Shown here: positions 1 through 5,401 of the stretch, one piece after another
Layout of the letters: each line of letters starts with the position of its first letter
How positions within the stretch are numbered: the first letter of the stretch is position 1
DNA from: Candidatus Odinarchaeota archaeon
GTDB lineage: Archaea > Asgardarchaeota > Odinarchaeia > Odinarchaeales > Odinarchaeaceae
Assembly (NCBI GenBank): GCA_038826135.1
Contig: JAWBON010000072.1
Location: forward strand, 1 to 6,064
Direction: 5' to 3'
DNA length: 6,064 nucleotides
Notes under the pieces: model-generated
Databases searched by the model: none
The model's input: the letters and a program-made list of their open reading frames with translations, nothing else
What the model was told of the DNA's origin: nothing
Made by a program: the position numbers and the translations under genes

Positions 1-1
1 T

Positions 2-274
2 AAACTCGTAGTTTACTTAGACCTCAGGAGAAGAGGATACGTGGTAAGACCAGGGCTTAAGTTTGGAGCAGACTTCGCCGTATATGAACACGGGCCTGGC
101 ATAGACCACTCCCCGTTCCTAGTTCACGTTACCCCCAGTTCAGCTAAAATCCCGCCTATTGAAATGGTTCGGGCGGGTAGACTTGCTACAACAGTCCGTA
201 AAAAATTTATTATAGCCACCATTAAACAGGGAAAAGAGGCTAGGTACTATGCTTTCTCATGGTTTAAACCATAA
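2..274 (+). CDS. endA: tRNA-intron (splicing) endonuclease, catalytic subunit, C-terminal part; the gene starts upstream of the window
   Basis: The frame is open from nt 2: KLVVYLDLRRRGYVVRPGLKFGADFAVYEHGPGIDHSPFLVHV...TTVRKKFIIA...YYAFSWFKP. This matches the archaeal EndA catalytic domain. The Tyr (DFAVY), His (IDHSP) and Lys (VRKK) triad residues are all present. The GTG at 41 in the ORF track is an internal Val. Confidence 0.95.
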   Translation, partial: KLVVYLDLRRRGYVVRPGLKFGADFAVYEHGPGIDHSPFLVHVTPSSAKIPPIEMVRAGRLATTVRKKFIIATIKQGKEARYYAFSWFKP

Positions 275-285
275 CACTAAAATTA

Positions 286-342
286 GAACTTCTATAAATA
301 TATGATAACGTAACTTAAACTTTAAACTAATTGACGGTGTGG
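286..342 (+). promoter_or_regulatory. Putative archaeal TATA box (TATAAATA, 293-300) and SD-like GGTGTGG (336-342) for the 347..1775 gene cluster
   Basis: The TATA-like octamer lies about 47-54 nt upstream of ATG347. This fits a start site near 323-325 with a short leader containing the GGTG motif. Confidence 0.5.
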
Positions 343-346
343 TATA

Positions 347-643
347 ATGAGTTTAAATAATGAGGATGTTAAAAATTTTATTAAAGCAGCCTGGAGTTCT
401 CCTTCTATAATAGTTAAAACACCCGACTACTTATACATACTAAAAAAAGAAGGGGATAAATGGACTGAATTATCATATACATTCGGGGATAAGCGTGCGG
501 AGAGGAGAAGCTTAAACGCAGATGACGCTCTACTATACTTAATAGAGGAATTAACTAAAAGTTTAGTTCAATATTCAAATAGTCTGAAGGAGCATATTAT
601 AGTGGATAACAGTAAACTTAATGAGATTCTAGAAAGCGTTTGA
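347..643 (+). CDS. Hypothetical protein (98 aa), predicted short beta-meander followed by helices
   Basis: ATG start with a good SD-like motif, and it fills the gap between endA and the next gene. No family recognised. Confidence 0.75.
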   Translation: MSLNNEDVKNFIKAAWSSPSIIVKTPDYLYILKKEGDKWTELSYTFGDKRAERRSLNADDALLYLIEELTKSLVQYSNSLKEHIIVDNSKLNEILESV

Positions 644-676
644 ATATTTCATATGCAAGATTAGGTTGAAGAATCT

Positions 677-1369
677 ATGGTTGAACATTGCCCTAAATGC
701 GGTTTAACAGCTAAACCCGGCGACAAGTACTGTAGGTATTGCGGTTCGGAGATGGCTTCTAAAGAGGAGTTAGATGATCTGTTAACAGAGGAGCTTAGAA
801 GAAAACTTGTTCTAAAAGGTAAGCTATCTAATCTGAGAGATGAGAAAAACAAATATTTGGATGAGCTTAAGATTTTAGAAGATGATTTAAATAACGGTAG
901 AGGGTCTTTAATCGATGTGGAGAAGAGACTCCGTTATTTAAAACAGCAAATTTCAAATATTAAAGATGAGGAGAGGAGAATAAATCTTAAAGATGTTAAA
1001 ATGCCGTATGAAGAGATAATTGAGGAGAAAAATAGAGTGAGTGAACAGATTGAAAAATTAGATAAGCTTCTTGAAAGCGGTAAGATAGATGAGAGAAACT
1101 ACCATGAGTTAAGAGATGAATTTTCCAGTAAAATTAATACAATAAATAAGAATTTTGAAGAGATAAAATTAAAGATGAAGAGAATCTATGTTGGTTTAAA
1201 AGAGGCTGTAAAAAGGCATGAAAAGGAACTTGAAATATTAACAGCTAGATATGAAATAGGACAGTTAGATAAAGATAGTTACAGTAAAAAAGAGAGGGAG
1301 CTGAGAAATAAAATAAGTGATTATAAACTCTGTTTAGAGGCTTTAAAAAAAGAGCCTCTGATAATCTAA
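677..1369 (+). CDS. Zinc-ribbon + CdvA-like coiled-coil (helical hairpin repeat) protein, 230 aa
   Basis: N-terminal CPKCG-x9-CRYCG ribbon (C5, C8, C19, C22), followed by a K/E/L-rich coiled coil with three hairpin turns (G74, G135, G195). GGTTGA lies upstream of the ATG. The CDS is certain; the CdvA-like assignment rests on remembered motif similarity. Confidence 0.8.
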   Translation: MVEHCPKCGLTAKPGDKYCRYCGSEMASKEELDDLLTEELRRKLVLKGKLSNLRDEKNKYLDELKILEDDLNNGRGSLIDVEKRLRYLKQQISNIKDEERRINLKDVKMPYEEIIEEKNRVSEQIEKLDKLLESGKIDERNYHELRDEFSSKINTINKNFEEIKLKMKRIYVGLKEAVKRHEKELEILTARYEIGQLDKDSYSKKERELRNKISDYKLCLEALKKEPLII

Positions 1370-1397
1370 TAAACAGGTTTTAAAAACGGTGTGTTGT

Positions 1398-1775
1398 ATG
1401 AGTTTTAAAAAACCTATTTCAAACAACCAAAAAGTTGAGGAGACCCAGAGACCTATTTATAAAAAGTGTTCGCCTGAATGCAATCTATTCAGATGCTCAC
1501 AGAGAGCTTTAACAATACGATACGACAGAGGTAAAAAAATAGTCTGGTGTAATTTTGTACCAGGAGGGGATTATTGTCAGGGAGCTAACTGCAACTATTC
1601 TATCTGCTCTCAGCATAAATTAAGAGCGGAGAACATGTGTGGGCTTTACACTCAGAGAAATAAGCGTTTAGATGATGAGCGGGAAATCTCAGAGGAGGAT
1701 AAGATTTTGAGCAAACAAGTTCAGTTGAAAAGTAAGGTTTTGAAGAGAATCAAGAATCTTTCAGAACTAGAGTGA
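1398..1775 (+). CDS. Cys-rich putative metal-binding protein (~125 aa) with a charged C-terminal tail
   Basis: Eight Cys: CSPEC, RC, WC, CQGANC, ICSQH, MC. ATG1398, preceded by GGTGTG, is preferred over GTG1389. The core resembles small conserved TACK hypothetical proteins as I remember them. Confidence 0.75.
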   Translation: MSFKKPISNNQKVEETQRPIYKKCSPECNLFRCSQRALTIRYDRGKKIVWCNFVPGGDYCQGANCNYSICSQHKLRAENMCGLYTQRNKRLDDEREISEEDKILSKQVQLKSKVLKRIKNLSELE

Positions 1776-1991
1776 TTAGAATACGCTTCTTCGCCATTTC
1801 TCGGCCTGCCTTTCCTTTTTAAGAGATTTTTTAATTAATTTATAGTGCTCCTCGCACACGTACACTTTATTCAGTCTATCGGCTTCAACATCTAACTTAG
1901 CTTTTTTCGCGTCAGATAAGCTTAAACTGCGAACAGCCTGTTTCGAACAGCCTTTAACACTGCAATTTACGCCCTTGTTTACTTTACCCAT
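1776..1991 (-). CDS. Small basic C2CH-type zinc-binding protein (~71 aa), conserved-archaeal-hypothetical-like
   Basis: C-x4-C (CSVKGC), a 30-residue spacer, then C-x2-H (CEEH) and a K/R-rich C-terminal helix. AGGTG SD lies upstream of ATG1991; the track uses TTG1994. Confidence 0.8.
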   Translation of the reverse strand: MGKVNKGVNCSVKGCSKQAVRSLSLSDAKKAKLDVEADRLNKVYVCEEHYKLIKKSLKKERQAEKWRRSVF

Positions 1992-1999
1992 CAAAACAC

Positions 2000-2662
2000 C
2001 TACCTTCCGATTATATTATGTATTTTTTCTAATAAGTCAGTCTTCCAATTCAAAAAATTCAAAGCATACTTCTGAGCGTCTTCACTTATTAAACTCTGCT
2101 CATCAGAATATTTTCTAAGCGATTCTAACAAGGAACCCATTGAAATAAGAAGAGGATCAAATTTCTCAGCGCTGAATATTTTATATAATATCTCTCGGGC
2201 ATTCGCCACAGGCAAATATATTTCTCTAATCGCAGTTTTATGTAATAAATTATACAGAGCTATATCTAATAGTTTAACCACGTCAATATATTTAATAATT
2301 ATAGACTTGTTCTCAGCTTTTAATTTCTCTGAGAGTACTCTAATCCCCTCCATTTTCTCACTGTAAAATCGTTCTAGTAACGGTTCATCATCACAGTATA
2401 GTTCAAAAACAACTTTATCATTTTGTTGACCGACCGTAATTTTAACTATAACCCGCTGGTTTTCAACCATCTTAGATAATGCAGCTACCTCCATTAACGG
2501 CGTAGCGGTTTTTTTAAAAAATATTAGCTTAGATTTCACGGAGTTGAATATGTAATATAATATATTAAATGAGAGGAAAATATCATCTAAGAGGGGGGCG
2601 ACGCTCCCCTGTTTAACATGCATCCCACGTGTAAAACCAGCTAATTCGTCTTCAATACTCAT
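2000..2662 (-). CDS. Hypothetical soluble protein (220 aa)
   Basis: Long ORF starting 9 nt after the ClC stop and ending a few nt before the Zn-finger gene. No confident family. Confidence 0.8.
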   Translation of the reverse strand: MSIEDELAGFTRGMHVKQGSVAPLLDDIFLSFNILYYIFNSVKSKLIFFKKTATPLMEVAALSKMVENQRVIVKITVGQQNDKVVFELYCDDEPLLERFYSEKMEGIRVLSEKLKAENKSIIIKYIDVVKLLDIALYNLLHKTAIREIYLPVANAREILYKIFSAEKFDPLLISMGSLLESLRKYSDEQSLISEDAQKYALNFLNWKTDLLEKIHNIIGR

Positions 2663-2671
2663 ACAACCAGC

Positions 2672-4348
2672 TCATAAATTCATAATCTTCTCTATATCTT
2701 TATGTGTAACGGTTCCTAATATTTTTTTAGGATACTTCGGATCCACAACAGGTAGAATATCGATGTTTGATATAATTAATTTATGAAGCGCTTCTTTAGC
2801 ATTCTCATCCGGGGTTATTGTAGTAAATTTTCTTGAACAGATTTCAGCTATTTTAATATTTGATTTTAATTCTTCAGGAACAGATAAACCCGCTCTTTTA
2901 TCTATGACGCCTATAAGATCATCGTTATCATCCACGACTGGGAAAAACATTTCTTCAGAATCCCTTATTAATTCCTCGAATCCTCTAATAGTTAAATTAC
3001 CTTGGATCCGCGTAAAACTCGCACTCATAATCTTTCTAACATTTATATGAGAGAATATATCTCGTAATATTTCAGGGATATGCGAATACGAGTATGTTCT
3101 ATCAATCATCTGATTTTCATAAATTGACCACTTACCTGAAATAATATACGCTACAAGCGAGGCTAATATGGCTGGCGCTAAAACAGTGTAACTGGCCGTC
3201 ATCTCAGACACTATTATTATTGAGGCGATGGGTGTTTTAGCTATAGCTGCTATAAAAGAACCCATGCCGCATACTACAAGTATACCAGGTTGAAGCATCA
3301 GTGAAGGGAGAGTTTGCTGTAAAATTATTGCAAACAAGCCTCCTATGAGGCCTCCTATAACAAGAGACGGCGCGAAGTCCCCGCCACTGTTCCCAGAAGT
3401 TACTGTGAAAGATGTTGAAAACATTTTCATCACTATAAAAACAGCTAATATTTGAAGCGGTAACTCGTTATTAATAACTGATTGAATATACCCGTACCCT
3501 GTTCCCACAGCGTAAGGGAATAATATAAAGCATAATGCGATGAAAACCATGCCCAGCGCCGGCTTCAATTTAAAACTAATTCGAATAGCTGTGAAAACTT
3601 TATTCTTTAAGGTCCGAAATAGTGCGGAGAATACGATGCCGGCTAAACCGCAGATGACACCGAGAATAATGAAGAATGGCAGTTCACTAGGTATAAAAAA
3701 GTACACCGGTGTGTTGAAGAGAGTGGACCAGCCTAAAAAACTACAATATAAACCGTATGATATAAAAGTTGCCACTATACACGGTATAAACGCCTCCACT
3801 TCATAGTCTCTAAGGTATAATACCTCGATTATGAAAAAAGCCGCGCCGAACGGGCTTTTAAAAACAGCTGCTAAACACGCAGCGGCTCCGGTTAACATTA
3901 AAAGTTCTCTATCCCTCCGAGTTAATTTGAATCTGCTAGCTATATATGAAGCGAAGCCCCCGCCGATCTGAGCTGCAGGTCCTTCTTTACCTACACTTCC
4001 ACCGATTCCGATCGTGAAAGCGGAGGCTATTATTTTAAGTACTGGAACCCTACGTCGCACACTACTCCTATTATGAAAGGCTCCTATAATAGCGTCTAAC
4101 CCAGATCCGCATACTTCAGGGCTTAAAGTATATGTTACATACCCCATCAGTAAGGCTCCTATGACTGCTATGAAAGGTAGGAGAGTGTACATGGAAAACG
4201 AAAAATTAAATGAGCTGAAAAAATCCGGTTCACCTGGAGCTTTTACAATGTTAAAACCTCCTATTAAACGTAAAAATATGAATGAAAAAAGATCTGATAA
4301 AAAAGTTAAAGTTAGAGCGGAAACACCCCCTACAACCCCCATTATCAC
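2672..4348 (-). CDS. ClC-family chloride channel/transporter with a C-terminal CBS pair; the true start may lie further upstream
   Basis: ClC signature motifs GSGLD, GKEGP (gating Glu), FIIEV, GGDFAP and SIYENQ (central Tyr) are present with many hydrophobic helices. The C-terminus has a CBS pair (FPVVDDNDDLIGVI; LPVVD...ILGTVTHKDI). Confidence 0.95.
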   Translation of the reverse strand: MIMGVVGGVSALTLTFLSDLFSFIFLRLIGGFNIVKAPGEPDFFSSFNFSFSMYTLLPFIAVIGALLMGYVTYTLSPEVCGSGLDAIIGAFHNRSSVRRRVPVLKIIASAFTIGIGGSVGKEGPAAQIGGGFASYIASRFKLTRRDRELLMLTGAAACLAAVFKSPFGAAFFIIEVLYLRDYEVEAFIPCIVATFISYGLYCSFLGWSTLFNTPVYFFIPSELPFFIILGVICGLAGIVFSALFRTLKNKVFTAIRISFKLKPALGMVFIALCFILFPYAVGTGYGYIQSVINNELPLQILAVFIVMKMFSTSFTVTSGNSGGDFAPSLVIGGLIGGLFAIILQQTLPSLMLQPGILVVCGMGSFIAAIAKTPIASIIIVSEMTASYTVLAPAILASLVAYIISGKWSIYENQMIDRTYSYSHIPEILRDIFSHINVRKIMSASFTRIQGNLTIRGFEELIRDSEEMFFPVVDDNDDLIGVIDKRAGLSVPEELKSNIKIAEICSRKFTTITPDENAKEALHKLIISNIDILPVVDPKYPKKILGTVTHKDIEKIMNL

Positions 4349-4445
4349 AGTTAGCCCTATTATTTTCCTAGCTTTAACCTTAAACCTTAAGGCGTCAAAA
4401 AAACGTCTCGTAGTTCAACCTCCATAAGTATCTTTCAACCACCAT

Positions 4446-4625
4446 ATTATTAAAAATTAATTAAATAAATTTTTTCAAAAAATATTCATTAAAATAAAGC
4501 TTTGAGAATTCAATGATTTATTTAAATATAAACTTAAAAACAGTATTATACTAATTTTGAACTAATTAACATAGTATTAGAAGCTACACAACTATTCTAA
4601 TAAAAATACATCTGAAGGTTGTTTA
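4446..4625. promoter_or_regulatory. AT-rich divergent promoter region between the ClC operon and the methyltransferase
   Basis: Very low GC. The minus strand has a BRE/TATA-like GAAAAAA-TTTATTTA at about 4476-4462. The plus strand has TTTAAATATA at 4521-4530. Several inverted repeats are present, and GAAGGTTG lies upstream of ATG4626. Confidence 0.55.
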
Positions 4626-5222
4626 ATGATCAGCTGGTATGATGAAGCGATAATTAGGATTAAAAAACTCTGCAAAGACAGTAATCCTTTGATACTAGAG
4701 GTTGGAGCGGGCTTAGGGCATTTTACATTTAAAATTAAAGGTTATTTTAAAGAGGGGCGGGTGGTTTCAATAGATATAAACCCGGATAACTTAAAACAGG
4801 TATTTTTAAAAAATAGTTTACACGCTAACACGGTTGATTGGCTGATTGCCGACGGTGGAAGCACCCCCTTCAGGAGCCGTGTGTTTAACATAGTAGCAAG
4901 CTCTTTTTCTCTCCAATACTGGGTTAACCCTTTAAAAGTGTTTGATGAAATATCCAGGTTAATAGAATCTGTTGGAAGGTTTCTAATCACGGATCTACGG
5001 AAAGATATGAAGAAAATAACAATTAAGAGAGTAGCGGAATTATCAGCTTTAAATAATCCTGGTGTTTCTCCCGAGGAGGTTGAGAGATTTCTAAATTTAA
5101 GACTAGTGAATTGCTACACACCCCAGCAAATTACGAGAATAGCTAAAAAAAGCCGGCTGAGAAGCTGGAGAGTAACTAGCCGGGAATACGGATTTTACTT
5201 TGAATCCCTGCCAGCTTCTTGA
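4626..5222 (+). CDS. Class I SAM-dependent methyltransferase (substrate unknown)
   Basis: Motif I ILEVGAGLG, acidic post-I VVSIDIN, IADG, FNIVASSFSLQYW and the terminal-strand motif DEISRLI..VGRFLITD. Confidence 0.92.
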   Translation: MISWYDEAIIRIKKLCKDSNPLILEVGAGLGHFTFKIKGYFKEGRVVSIDINPDNLKQVFLKNSLHANTVDWLIADGGSTPFRSRVFNIVASSFSLQYWVNPLKVFDEISRLIESVGRFLITDLRKDMKKITIKRVAELSALNNPGVSPEEVERFLNLRLVNCYTPQQITRIAKKSRLRSWRVTSREYGFYFESLPAS

Positions 5223-5240
5223 ATAATTCTAGGGTTACTA

Positions 5241-5341
5241 TGGTGGGCGGGGAGGGTCTTGAACCCTCGACCTGCGGAGCCTATTAACTTCAGCTTCTCC
5301 GCGTTGTAAGCGCGGCATCATAACCCCTAGACCACCCGCCC
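5241..5341 (-). tRNA. tRNA-Val(UAC), CCA encoded, with a 25-nt intron in the variable region (5296-5272)
   Basis: Minus-strand sequence GGGCGGG TG GTCT AGGGGTTA TGAT G CCGCG CT-TAC-AA CGCGG AG [AAGCTGAAGTTAATAGGCTCCGCAG] GTC GAGGG TTCAAGA CCCTC CCCGCCC A CCA. The acceptor stem (7 bp), anticodon stem (5 bp) and T stem (5 bp) are perfect, and the discriminator is A73. Removing 25 nt gives a standard 76-nt tRNA. Confidence 0.95.
5272..5296 (-). other. Non-canonical tRNA intron (position 45/46) with a relaxed BHB splicing motif
   Basis: The central helix is G40-C41-G42-G43 paired with intron CCGC. The bulges are AG|A and AG|G, and the intron helix is AGCT/GGCT closing a 10-nt loop. Confidence 0.85.
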
Positions 5342-5379
5342 GTTAAAGATAAATGGAATGATTATTTTAAGCATACGTT

Positions 5380-5394
5380 TATTAAAATTTTTCC
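5380..5394 (-). promoter_or_regulatory. Putative BRE + TATA promoter of the tRNA-Val gene (GGAAAAA-TTTTAATA)
   Basis: A purine-rich BRE directly precedes a TATA-like octamer about 39-46 nt upstream of tRNA G1, just after the MBL stop codon. Confidence 0.6.
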
Positions 5395-5401
5395 AGCGAA
5401 T

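Noticed and set aside
661-852. 63-aa minus-strand ORF
   Set aside because: Antisense shadow of the Zn-ribbon/coiled-coil gene; Ser/Leu-rich with no motif.
677-1369. Calling the coiled-coil protein CdvA proper, ESCRT-III or an SMC fragment
   Set aside because: It has no PRC barrel, no ATPase motifs and no adjacent cdvB/cdvC; only a CdvA-like helical region is suggested, so no gene symbol was assigned.
2509-2521. T7A6 homopolymer (slippery-looking) in the 220-aa gene
   Set aside because: The ORF reads through intact (IFFKKT), and such runs are expected at this AT content.
3540-3806. 88-aa plus-strand ORF
   Set aside because: Antisense shadow of the hydrophobic ClC coding region.
4161-4427. 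88-aa plus-strand Lys-rich ORF
   Set aside because: Its composition is explained by the T-rich codons of the antisense ClC transmembrane helices; no independent signals.
4742-4990. 82-aa minus-strand ORF
   Set aside because: Antisense shadow inside the methyltransferase.
4626-5222. Methyltransferase as a tRNA-Val modification enzyme because it is adjacent to the tRNA
   Set aside because: The orientation is convergent, and I see no THUMP, PUA, TRAM or Trm-family motifs. It looks like a generic small-molecule class I methyltransferase.
5272-5296. Reading the tRNA insert as a long variable arm (Leu/Ser/Sec-type tRNA)
   Set aside because: The anticodon loop is clearly UAC with A73, the body is typical of archaeal tRNA-Val, and the insert forms a BHB-like motif whose removal gives exactly 76 nt.
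4349-5341. Possible integrated element at the tRNA-Val 3' end, carrying the methyltransferase/ClC as cargo
   Set aside because: By eye I found no second copy of the tRNA 3' end (att site) in the window, and no integrase or transposase. A distal att outside the window cannot be excluded.
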